Source of the DNA: Schmidtea polychroa
Taxonomy: Eukaryota
Assembly: GCA_044892525.1 (NCBI GenBank)
Contig: CM097887.1
Location: forward strand, 27,900,001 to 27,964,000
Reading direction: 5' to 3'
DNA length: 64,000 nucleotides
In this document: positions 24,992-35,145 of the stretch, in pieces
Position numbering within the stretch: position 1 is the first letter of the stretch
Layout of the letters: every line of letters starts with the position of its first letter
Position numbers and translations under genes: made by a program
Notes under the pieces: model-generated
Told to the model about the DNA's origin: nothing
Database searches by the model: none
What the model saw: only the letters and a program-made list of their open reading frames with translations

Positions 24992-25204
24992 CAGTGTTTC
25001 TCAAACTATGGGTCGCGACCCATTTTTGGGTCGCGAAAGAATTTTTGGTGGGTCGCGATGACTTATGGAAAGATCTACAAATATAAATTTTGGAAGTTTA
25101 AGCCTTTTAAATTTATTTAATCTTTGTCATGTGGGTCGCAATAAAATTTTTGGCATGAAATGTCAAAAATTTGGGTCGTGATCAAAAAAGTTTGAGAACC
25201 ACTG
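24992..25204. mobile_element. hAT (Charlie-type) MITE, 213 bp
   Basis: TIRs CAGTGTTTCTCAAACT / AGTTTGAGAACCACTG; perfect 8-bp TSD GTGTAGTT; internal GGGTCGCG repeats. Confidence 0.92.
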
Positions 25205-25329
25205 GTGTAGTTTATATCGGAACTATCTACATCAAATAATATTATTGACCAGTATTTGAATATCGAAATAAAATATTTTTGTAATAAAACTAGTGAAATT
25301 TCTTTCTATCTAAAATAGAGAATCCACCC

Positions 25330-27407
25330 AAAATAATTTGAGAAACCGAATAATATGTATAATGAATAATAATATTAATCATCATGATAATAGATGTATT
25401 AAAGATTTACCTGTTTGTTGGTTACTTAGGGGTGTGTCATTTCATATTTTAAATACGTCAGGGGTAATTTAGATATTCACTCGACTCTTTCCTAAGCACC
25501 TCCATGACTATAGCACCTTAAACCATTTGTGTACCCATGGCGACGACCATGTTGGTAATGTACACAAAGGCGAAAAAACAATGAGCAGGTGAGCTCTATT
25601 GCTTAAACTACTCCCCATTGTATTTTCTCTTCGGGTTCTAGACGGCCGATAGAAGGTCTTACGTCATTAATCATTTTCTATTTCTGCTTTCTACTTTTCT
25701 ATTTTATTCAGCTATGGTCGTCATTTTTGGATGTTTTCTATTGTTTCTTTTCAAATTTTTTTGCAGGGATGCGCCCTTAATTTTCTGTCGTAAATCATTA
25801 TGTGTTTTCTATAATATTTGTCGATAAATGTCGTTCCATATTTTCGGCAGATCTTGTGGAAAATGTGACTTAATTCTTCAAAAAATTGAGTAGGGGTCTG
25901 CCCTTATTCCCAAGTTGATAAACCTGTTTCCACACTCCCCATAAAAATTTGAGCAGGGATCTGCCTGTATTTCTTATTCTGGACTATAGGATATCTTAAC
26001 TATTCGTGGTTTCTATAAAATTACCTAAACCTACTTCATCTACCGACAACTGGTCCTAACTATCCTAGTATTTCTCCTAACTCAGTGATATCTCTGAAAT
26101 TAAAAGTGACTGAGCCGTTCTATACTATCTAACTCTAAATAAGGCCCTAAACTATCGCAAATTGATTTTACCCTCTCCAACCGTTCATATCCCTATCTAT
26201 ATCCCCTACCCCGATGGACTTAACTGGCGAAACATCTGTCGACTAACAGCACGTAGTGCCGCCCGTCCACAAACCTTCCCCAGCCCAGAGCATCGATACA
26301 TAATTTCATAGAAAACCCAACCTATTTTATATCATTATCCAAAAAGGACAAAAATAGCATAGACAAAACTCAAGGATCAATTAAAAACAAATCCAATTAA
26401 AAATTTTATTCAATCCTACAAATTACATTTTATATCATATAAATTTATCATTAATAAAATCATACTCATCTTACTCCTATTAAAATATTATTCCAAGTTA
26501 AAATTAAAATGAACAGACACAAAATTAGCCAAACAAATTCAATTACTAAATCCTAAAAATTACATATTATTTCATATAAATTTATCATTAACATAAAATT
26601 AACAAAAATCAAATTTACCTCACCACGCATGCATAAAACTGACAATCGAGAGCTACGGGATTTGAATTGTCTACTGCAGCGATTTTCAGTTAACCAGTTG
26701 TGTGAAAAATGAAATTTCACTCAGTATTTATACTGATTGAATTATACGCTTACGCATTCTCTGCTACTATATCCAATTAGAATGCGAGGCAATTCTGATT
26801 AATTTTTGTATGCATGCATGAATGTGTGTAATTGTTTATTTTTTAATTTAATTAATTTGATTAATCAAAATTCTAAATTTTATTAATTTTTAAGATTTAT
26901 TTTTATAAATTCTATAATTTAAATAGTTTTTGCTAATTTTAATTTAATTTTACAAGTTTTATAATGAAATAAGTTCAGTTAATTTTACTTTAGTTTCATT
27001 GATTTAAACAATTTGTTTTTATAAATTTTATAATTTATCTAATTTTACTACTTTTATTCTACTTTTTATCCTTTTACCAGTTTACTAGATAATTTATTTT
27101 AAATTTTAAATTTATATATTTAGAAATTTTTCATATTATTAATTAATTTATTACCCATTATTTTATTTATTATTACTTTATTTCTTAGTTGTTAGCTATT
27201 CCGAATGTGATGTTTCTCCTAATTGTGTTAGTGATTGTGACCTTTATTTTCGTCCCTTTATTTTATTACCCAGGTCTTATTTATCATCAATGTGTTATGT
27301 ACTTTAATTTGTATTGATTGGTGTTTTAATTTAACTTAGTGCGATTTTTATGTTATATATTTTTGATTCATTAAAACAAGCTCTCGATTCTCGGTTCTAG
27401 CCCAACA
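25330..27407 (-). mobile_element. TGTTGGGC-family element (copy 2, no recognisable ORF); left boundary approximate
   Basis: Minus-strand TGTTGGGCTAGAAC at 27407, CCAAT at 26773, TATAAATA at 26732-26725, donor GAG/GTAAAT at 26618, shared motif at 25656-25585. Confidence 0.5.
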
Positions 27408-28370
27408 TGTTGATTATTACCTCAACATATCAAATACTGTTGCTTCATTAAAAAAGCTTTCACTTTCAAGTGACAAAGTTAAGTTAAATTGAAACCACAA
27501 AAATAAAGCACTTGCTATGAAAGGCCACTTTATTTTCTTTTTACAAAATATTTAATTAAAATTGTGGCTATTAATATCTAAACCACAATAATGATTTCGT
27601 AATTGAAACACTTCAGTTGTAAAGGAGAATAAATTAGGTCAACAGCTACAACCACGCAATACTTCATCTGAAAGTTTTTGTAAAATACATACTCCTAATA
27701 AATATTATTCTGTTTGTTAACGTGAAATGTCTAATAGGTTATATTTTAAATTTACCGCTAAGCTTACACTTGAAAAATATAATAAACTAAAGTTTGAGAT
27801 CAAAGCTTTTAAATATGACTACAAGGATAATGTCAGAAGAATTCCAATCAAAACCTTCATACAAACAAATTACTACAGAACCGGCCTCAATAAATATATA
27901 ATTAATATCTATGTAAAAATCTGATAGGATAGTGTGGGACACGTCATCAATTATCAATATATTTTTTAAAATAATATCACGACAAAATATAACAACGTTC
28001 ATACAACCAATTTCATCGACCGTCATTTTTGCATACAAGAAATACTAATTATCAAAGTTTGACAGCTACTTCAAATCTGTCGGTGTGGCATATGACTTTT
28101 GAAAATACTACATTGAGGCATGGTATAAAGAAAGTCGGAAACACTGCAATATGGTAATTTCAATTCTTAATAAATCCATCCATATTCCATATGATTTCAA
28201 AGATTATGAATTAACATTTAATTATATATCTGATTAAATAATGTTTTTATTTTTTATCTTTATATGTGAAAGACAACTGTATAAATTCTTTCATTTTTTA
28301 AAATATTTATTTTTTATCTTTTATTAAAAACAGTTGTATCCACTCTTTGATTTTTTATATTATATTCTTA

Positions 28371-29459
28371 TGTTAGGGATAGGCCTGGAGCCTTGTTGAC
28401 AAAATAAATAAAAATTACTAAAATTAGAAATAGTATAAATAAAAATAATAAAGTATTACCAAAAATAAAAGATGGGTTTTATTAATTACTATTAATAGAA
28501 TTAAGTTGTATATAGGAATATTTGATAATACTATTACTATATATAGTAATTATAAAATTGCTATTGATATAATAAATAATTAAAATATGATATAAATACT
28601 GGTTCAAAACGAGAACCAAGGACGAGAAAATTGACGGAAAAATTGACGATAAAAGTAACGATAAAACATTGAGACAATAATTTGGGGCGAGAAACATTAA
28701 GAAGATTTTGGACGATAGAATTAACAAGAAAAGAAAACGTATTTCGGAGAGAGACGATAAATTAGTTGATTGATTTAAAGAAACGTGATCAAAGAATCAC
28801 GGTGTTTATTTTAATTAAATTCAACACAAGTCTGAGTTGTTGAAATTGGATCGCACACGAAGAAATTCCGGCTATAATTTCCAACCAATATCAATTCTAC
28901 TATAAATTGATCAGCAAATTAGTTCAGAGGGAGAAGAAATAAGAAATAAGCTAAGAGCCAAGAATATTATCGTCACAGAATTGTAAAAAGGATTGGTCTA
29001 CAACAGTGTTTGGCAATTCAGGTAGATTATATTGTCAAGGGATAAACTAGTATCCTGTTGAATAGATAAAATTAAAGCGAATACAAAGTATAGATCTTTT
29101 ACTTTAGTGTTCCCTGGGAGCCTCAAAATCATTCCCTCTTGCTTGCCCAACTCTTTAGTCATATTGCGATCGTTGTGCTACACAGGAGCCATCGATTTCT
29201 TGCAGGCTGTGGTAAACAGTAAGGATTAATAAATCCGTTTTCTTGTATTCTTTGCACATATATTATAAATATCTGTTGTAAATTATTAAATACATTTTTA
29301 TAAAAGAGAAAGGCGTTTGTTGTTAATTCAGTGATTTAAAACTCATATACGCAACCACATTAAATAACTTATTTATATTTATTTTTATTTATTTATCTTA
29401 ATTAAGTTATTGGAGTCATTTGTGTTAAGATCTGTAGTCCCCGTTTTTCGATCTTAACA
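28371..29459 (+). repeat. 5' LTR
   Basis: TGTTAGGGAT...GATCTTAACA, with TGTTA/TAACA inverted ends; no difference from the 3' LTR seen by eye. Confidence 0.97.
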
Positions 29460-29462
29460 TTT

Positions 29463-29480
29463 TGGTGAGCCCGACGTGAT
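29463..29480 (+). promoter_or_regulatory. Primer-binding site for tRNA-Trp
   Basis: TGGTGAGCCCGACGTGAT lies 3 nt after the LTR. Its reverse complement ATCACGTCGGGCTCACCA matches the vertebrate tRNA-Trp 3' end as I recall it (ATCACGTCGGGGTCACCA) at 17 of 18 positions. Confidence 0.85.
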
Positions 29481-29596
29481 ACAATTTACGGGGGAATAAG
29501 AATTTTATTTATAAAAGGCAAACATCTTTTTGAATCATTGAGTTAAGAAATAGAAGGGTAATAAATTTAAGACCAGGTAATAGAAACCAGCAAATA

Positions 29597-32398
29597 ATGG
29601 CAGAGATAAATAATTTACAAAATTTAAACGAGAATAATTTACAAAATAATAATGTGCCAATAGCTCAACCACCAGTGGTAGATTTTATGAGATACCCAAC
29701 AATTCCGATTAAACCATTTAGTGGAAACCCAGAGGAGTTTCCAGAATTTATGTCCGAATATTTTCAGTTAGCCAGAGCATTAGGATTCCCGGAACCGGTA
29801 ATGATTTTGAGATTACCTTTATATTTAAAAGGGATGGCGCGGGAAATATATAACGATGTTATAATAGCCGAGCATCCAGTTGAATGGAATGTATTACGAT
29901 TAGCGTTACAAAACAGAATATTACCGGGGGATGCAACTAGAGTGCTGAGACAACAGTTTTATAATAGGCGACAAAATTCGGGTGAGCATGTTGGGGAATT
30001 TTCATATCAAATAATGATGTTGGCAGAGAGAGCATTTGGTAATAGGGCAGCCTGGAATGATGCAACTAGAGCATTAGTAAAAGATCAGTTTTGGTCAGGG
30101 TTATCGTCAGCAATGAGAAATGCACTCAGTTTACACATAGGAGATAATTTAGAGGAATTAACTCGCAAAGCGTGTTTAATTGAAAGTAGCATTGAGAAAT
30201 CAAATAATTTTGCTATTAGTAGCAACAAGTCAGACATTGAGTGTTTTAATTGTCATAAAAAGGGACATATGTCAAAAGATTGTAAAAGTAGGAATAATTC
30301 TCCAGGGGACAAATTATGTACCAAGTGTGGGAGAAATAATCATGTGGCATCAAACTGTAGAATTTCGGACCTAAATTGTGAGAAATGCAAGCGCAAGGGA
30401 CATGTAGCGTCAGTTTGTAAAGCTAGTTTTGGGGGGAATAATTCAAATAATAATAATAGTAGAAATAGAAGCCCCGATAGGAATTTTCGTGGTAATAATA
30501 ATAATAATTTTAATAATAATATTAAAAGGGATGAAGTAAATTCGGGGGGTAAAATTAAATGTCATAAGTGTGGAAAATTTGGTCATATTATGCGTTCTTG
30601 TCCACAAAATGAGTTATCTAATAACAATGGTAGTAGTAACAATGGAAATAATCGATCGAAGCAGACAACGTTTGCAGTGAATTCAGATCACAAATTAACG
30701 TATTTGCAGCAGCTTGAATTAGAAATTCAAGAAGAGAGAAACAGGTTAGCGAGGCTAACAACAAATGAAACTGATGGGTACGATGAAAATGAAGGTGTTT
30801 ATATGACGTCAGCCAAAAGGAGGCGAAATAAAAATAATTATGTAGAACTTGAAGTGTTGATGCTTCAAGAAAGTCCACAGGAGGACAACGAGGAAAAGAC
30901 TATGGTCATAGAACCAGAAGTCTGTGAGGGTTTACAGGTTTCACCCAGGAAAAATCTAGTGGCTGTGGCCATGGAGCCAGAAGCCAACAGAGAAATAGAA
31001 GGTTTACCGGTTTCACCAGTTAAAAATCGTAAGGCTTTGGACATGGATCCAGTAGCTAATGAAATTGTTCCAACAGGAGTTTTGGAAAAAAGATGGGCTT
31101 CGGTCAGTGAACCGGAAGTTCTTATAGCCACATCATCCATGCGAGGTGAGTGTGGTAGTGAACCAATAAAGGTTCGAGAAGCATCGAAAGAGGAAAGAAA
31201 TCCCATCGATGACTGTAGAAAAATATTATTACGCAAGAGCGTATGGCAAAGAGAAATGAGACAGAAATTAGAAAACATTCGTTTAAACCCCGTTAATGAG
31301 AATGAGGTTGACAAAGTAATGGATATCATATCAGAGTTAAATAGAGATAAGGAATATTATCCAGAATTGAGAGAAATTCTGAGAAATATTGGCCTAAATT
31401 GGAAACAAAGAGAGAATCTGGAAGATTCTACAATTTTTGTATCTTTCCCAAAGGGTTGTTTTCGTAGATATACAATTAATCCAAGCGAAAAGGTAGAAGC
31501 ATTGGCAAAGAGAGTTTCTGTGGTAAAACCTCAATTGAGATGCAAATTATATTTATTGGGAGAAAAATTATTAGAGGGAGAAACCCTGTTAGATTGTGGT
31601 ATACTACCAGGGAAAAATATGGTTATAAAAGCAAAGTTTCACAAGGAAACTGTTACTGTAGTGGACTTGGATAATGTCCTTACTATAAGCGAGATTGAAA
31701 TTGATCAATTAAATCAAATATCAGCCGTACCACATAGGTTGGGAATCGAGCTGATGAAAAACCCAAGAGATGGGGAAGCCATTAAGATGATAATGGATTG
31801 GATACTGGAGTTGCGAATCCCAGTAGATACTCTTAGAGAGATAATGCCATTGATGGTGCCTTTAGTAAAAGAGACATCACAATTTCAGACACAAGCAAAG
31901 ATGCTGTTGATTAAAAATGGACATGCTATCAGACATTTGGAAGGTAGACAAGGTCCAGTGATGTTAGATATCAGGATACCCAGGAGAGGACACCTGATAC
32001 AACAATTTTCGTGTTATCATAGGGTAAAGAAACTGAGAAAAAGGATATCAGAAATATTAAAAGAGTCATTCCTAATAATGATACATGGTTGTCAGGTGGA
32101 TGACGACGAATTTCTAGTAGATGTTGGATGTTTTCCCAATGAGGAAACAGTTGTATTAATATTACTGGTAGAGTTTCCAGAGGATCAATGGGCAACTTTG
32201 AGATTGCCAGATAATGCTGAAATGGAGGATGAAACAGTACATCCTGAGCAAAATCAAGTAGACGGGAATACTCATCAGGAACCCGTAACTACAGTAGACT
32301 TAGATGAAGAGATAGATAAGTATCTCAAGGAGCTTGATAACACTGAAGACGAGTTAATCGAAATATTTCCTACAGGGAAGATAATGAAGTACAATTAA
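29597..32398 (+). CDS. gag: Extended Gag, 933 aa: capsid-like region, four CCHC zinc knuckles, C-terminal extension with two ubiquitin-like domains
   Basis: Capsid-like KPFSG-PEEF...LPLYLKG-A; knuckles CFNCHKKGHMSKDC, CTKCGRNNHVASNC, CEKCKRKGHVASVC and CHKCGKFGHIMRSC; Ubl-like segments near 31430-31640 and 31955-32175. Confidence 0.9.
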   Translation: MAEINNLQNLNENNLQNNNVPIAQPPVVDFMRYPTIPIKPFSGNPEEFPEFMSEYFQLARALGFPEPVMILRLPLYLKGMAREIYNDVIIAEHPVEWNVLRLALQNRILPGDATRVLRQQFYNRRQNSGEHVGEFSYQIMMLAERAFGNRAAWNDATRALVKDQFWSGLSSAMRNALSLHIGDNLEELTRKACLIESSIEKSNNFAISSNKSDIECFNCHKKGHMSKDCKSRNNSPGDKLCTKCGRNNHVASNCRISDLNCEKCKRKGHVASVCKASFGGNNSNNNNSRNRSPDRNFRGNNNNNFNNNIKRDEVNSGGKIKCHKCGKFGHIMRSCPQNELSNNNGSSNNGNNRSKQTTFAVNSDHKLTYLQQLELEIQEERNRLARLTTNETDGYDENEGVYMTSAKRRRNKNNYVELEVLMLQESPQEDNEEKTMVIEPEVCEGLQVSPRKNLVAVAMEPEANREIEGLPVSPVKNRKALDMDPVANEIVPTGVLEKRWASVSEPEVLIATSSMRGECGSEPIKVREASKEERNPIDDCRKILLRKSVWQREMRQKLENIRLNPVNENEVDKVMDIISELNRDKEYYPELREILRNIGLNWKQRENLEDSTIFVSFPKGCFRRYTINPSEKVEALAKRVSVVKPQLRCKLYLLGEKLLEGETLLDCGILPGKNMVIKAKFHKETVTVVDLDNVLTISEIEIDQLNQISAVPHRLGIELMKNPRDGEAIKMIMDWILELRIPVDTLREIMPLMVPLVKETSQFQTQAKMLLIKNGHAIRHLEGRQGPVMLDIRIPRRGHLIQQFSCYHRVKKLRKRISEILKESFLIMIHGCQVDDDEFLVDVGCFPNEETVVLILLVEFPEDQWATLRLPDNAEMEDETVHPEQNQVDGNTHQEPVTTVDLDEEIDKYLKELDNTEDELIEIFPTGKIMKYN

Positions 32399-32460
32399 AT
32401 CAAGATGAAACAAACATCGGAGCTAGTACATCGCGACAAGTCGAGCCACCAAGAGAAAGA

Positions 32461-35145
32461 GTGAGCCCGAAGTTAGTCGAGAATAAAAAGAAAAGAGAGA
32501 GAAGGGGTAGACCGAGGAAAAGTCAAATGAACCCACCCCCAAGAGAACTTTTAAAACCAGTTACAATTCAAAATGTAACTAAGCAGGCTTTAGCAGGGAT
32601 AGCTAGCCAAATTGATAAAAGCGTTGGAGACGCTAGTGATAAAACGGAAACATGGAAAATACTAAGTCAAATCTTACGATTGATCAAGCCTGATTGGCAA
32701 ATTAAGAAAGATAAAAGTGTTAATGTTGACAAAATTGCAGAAAAAGTCAAGAAAGCTATGGAAAAGATTCCAGGAAGCACCACGGAACAGGAGATGTTCG
32801 AAATAGCAGGGCAATTCATAGATGAAGGCCTGACGAAAGGGAAAATGATAACGATTCTAGCCTTAATGTTTAAAAATGCATTGAGCATAATTAAAGATGA
32901 TTCGTCGAAAATTCCAGCAGCCATAGACAAGCTGACTGATATCATCGAAGTGAATTTCAGAACATGGATGACTGAACATAAGTTTTGGGATATAAAAGAA
33001 ACGAAAGGAAAATATGAATTAAATGAAGAATTGTTGACAGAAAATATTTCAAGTAGTCCACGGGGAACAGGTGGATTTACTAGTTGGATGATGATGTTGT
33101 TGGTAATGATGGGAATATTGCGACAGACAAATTCCCTAACGGCATATGATTGCAGTGAACCAATATTATCGCGAATCTACTCATTAGTAGACACAGTGGA
33201 ATGCAAGGAAGCATATCCAGATAAAGTTGCAAAAAGGGAAGACGTGGAATATCATGTTTATCAGCAAACAGAGTTTTACAGAACCAGAGTGAGGGAATGT
33301 CGAATACAGAGAGCGACGTTCGAATATTACTGTGGATCGAATAGTTATTCAGCATTTTTAGGAGCTAAACTCATTCCGATACCGTTAATCATCCCACCAG
33401 AGGATTGTGTAAATGCTTTTCGGTCAAAAACAGTTAAAATAGATCATGAGGTGACAATTACCGCAGAAGAAGGGAAAAAGTTGGGTATAACTATTACCCG
33501 GGGAGGACCGATAGCAGATGATGGTTCTTGTCATGGTAGAAAGAAAGTTAGAGGTTCTAATGTAGTAAACTATGTGGTAACAGTTGAGGACTACACAGTA
33601 GAGCTGATAGAGTACGAAGGAACTTTCGAAGTATCCACGGGAAAAATGATGTCTCATCCAGAATGCAACGTGAAATATGGTTATTGTAAAACCAGTTTAG
33701 CAGTATTAACGTACCAATCAATGAGAGATTTTTGTGATTTAGGATACCTGAAAAAGGTAGTATTTTCAAGGCTAGATGGGAAAAGCTTTACGTCTCAGGA
33801 TTCACAACAAAGTGGTTGGGGAGACAAGATAGCTCACAAAACGAAAAAGGAAGTGGTACCAGAGAAAAGCACAGCAGTAGTATTAGTCTCAAAGGATTCC
33901 ACAGATGCAATTCGTTTAGTCAGAAAGAAACAGACAACAAAATGTGGTGTACCAATATTTGAAACCAACTACAAGGGAATATACTTAGCATACAAGTATG
34001 TTCCAGCAGCAGAATCATTGCATCTATCAGATATTAAAATAGCCAAGTATATCAATAATAATATTGATTTCTTGTATCATGATCTGCAGAAACAATTATT
34101 AGATGTGTATCAGGAAGTGATCCTGAACGACTGTCGTTTGAATCGGGAAATAATACGAAATAGATTAGCAATATCTATAGCTAATCCGGATTTAATAATG
34201 CCAATGTTGACAGAGGAAGGAACATTTGGTAGAATTTTGCGTGAAGCAATTTATAGTTACCAATGTAAAGCAATAGAGGTAGAAATCACCAAATATGATC
34301 GATGTACATTGGAGCTACCTGTGAAATATAAAGGAAAATTGAGATTCCTGATGCCAGTATCACACCAGTTATTAAAGGAGGATACCTCACCTTTAACTGC
34401 AATTTGCAATCCAGCAATGTCACCATTATACAAAATAAACAATATTTGGATTTCATTGCCAGACAGAAAGCCGCCTTCAAAACCAGTTGAAGTGCTTCAA
34501 GCTACAAAGTTAGAAACTAAAATGGAGTTTCAACCATTAAACGAAATGTCAAAAGGCGGAGTATATACTCCGGAAGATATAGAAGAAGCTCGGAGAGCAA
34601 TTGTGTTTCCCCAAATCAGAGATCGGGGAGTGACAGAGATAATAACAAGAATCTATCAATCATATGATGGAAAACCGGACTATAATCTATTATTTGGACC
34701 AGAACATTACAAAGAAGCTGCATCAAATGTAATACGGAAAATCTGGGGTAGATTTACAAGCTTTGGCATTTTTGTAGCAGGATGTTCAGGTATATATGCA
34801 ATAGTGATGATATTGAAAATAATTATATCGCAATTATTTTCCACCTATAGTATCTTCAAGATCGGGGGATGGTCTTGGAAGTTGCTGTTAGGAATGTGTC
34901 CAGTTTGTGCAGATTTTGCAGTATTTCATCATCATAATAAAGAGATTAAGAGAATGAAGAGGCAAACTATAAAGAAACATGAGTTAATAATGTATGAACC
35001 TAGTCATCGAGACGATGACAATTCTGACGAGGGAGGTAACCTAGAGGGCTATGAGACCTCAGACAACACCTCAATAAAACCAGACAACAAAAAACCGAAA
35101 TTTCAAAATTTTGAAAATAGTACTTTACAAACAGTACCCTGTTAA
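32461..35145 (+). CDS. env: Envelope polyprotein: N-terminal Bcl-2-like domain, internal signal peptide, chuvirus/gB-like fusion glycoprotein, TM anchor (frame open from 32347; first ATG 32527)
   Basis: Hydrophobic WMMMLLVMMGILRQTNS then LTAYDC; cysteine pattern YYCG-S, GSC-G, C-G-C, CG-PI-ETN, YQC-I-V, C-LELPV-Y, GGVYTPE, WG-FT-FG; TM near 34760-34840. Confidence 0.85.
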   Translation: MSPKLVENKKKRERRGRPRKSQMNPPPRELLKPVTIQNVTKQALAGIASQIDKSVGDASDKTETWKILSQILRLIKPDWQIKKDKSVNVDKIAEKVKKAMEKIPGSTTEQEMFEIAGQFIDEGLTKGKMITILALMFKNALSIIKDDSSKIPAAIDKLTDIIEVNFRTWMTEHKFWDIKETKGKYELNEELLTENISSSPRGTGGFTSWMMMLLVMMGILRQTNSLTAYDCSEPILSRIYSLVDTVECKEAYPDKVAKREDVEYHVYQQTEFYRTRVRECRIQRATFEYYCGSNSYSAFLGAKLIPIPLIIPPEDCVNAFRSKTVKIDHEVTITAEEGKKLGITITRGGPIADDGSCHGRKKVRGSNVVNYVVTVEDYTVELIEYEGTFEVSTGKMMSHPECNVKYGYCKTSLAVLTYQSMRDFCDLGYLKKVVFSRLDGKSFTSQDSQQSGWGDKIAHKTKKEVVPEKSTAVVLVSKDSTDAIRLVRKKQTTKCGVPIFETNYKGIYLAYKYVPAAESLHLSDIKIAKYINNNIDFLYHDLQKQLLDVYQEVILNDCRLNREIIRNRLAISIANPDLIMPMLTEEGTFGRILREAIYSYQCKAIEVEITKYDRCTLELPVKYKGKLRFLMPVSHQLLKEDTSPLTAICNPAMSPLYKINNIWISLPDRKPPSKPVEVLQATKLETKMEFQPLNEMSKGGVYTPEDIEEARRAIVFPQIRDRGVTEIITRIYQSYDGKPDYNLLFGPEHYKEAASNVIRKIWGRFTSFGIFVAGCSGIYAIVMILKIIISQLFSTYSIFKIGGWSWKLLLGMCPVCADFAVFHHHNKEIKRMKRQTIKKHELIMYEPSHRDDDNSDEGGNLEGYETSDNTSIKPDNKKPKFQNFENSTLQTVPC

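Noticed and set aside
21519-27407. A Pack-MULE-like TIR element carrying FCF1, suggested by inverted TGTTGGGCTAGAAC ends
   Set aside because: Similarity stops after 14 nt, the flanks give no TSD, the 21519 end matches 14677 much better, and FCF1 looks like an intact ordinary host gene.
28482-28727. 81-aa antisense ORF repeated at 42629-42874
   Set aside because: Low-complexity product of the AT-rich LTR; its duplication only reflects LTR identity.
31200-31400. CARD/death-fold domain in Gag before the first Ubl
   Set aside because: Only a general amphipathic-helix resemblance and no diagnostic residues; cannot be supported without structure prediction.
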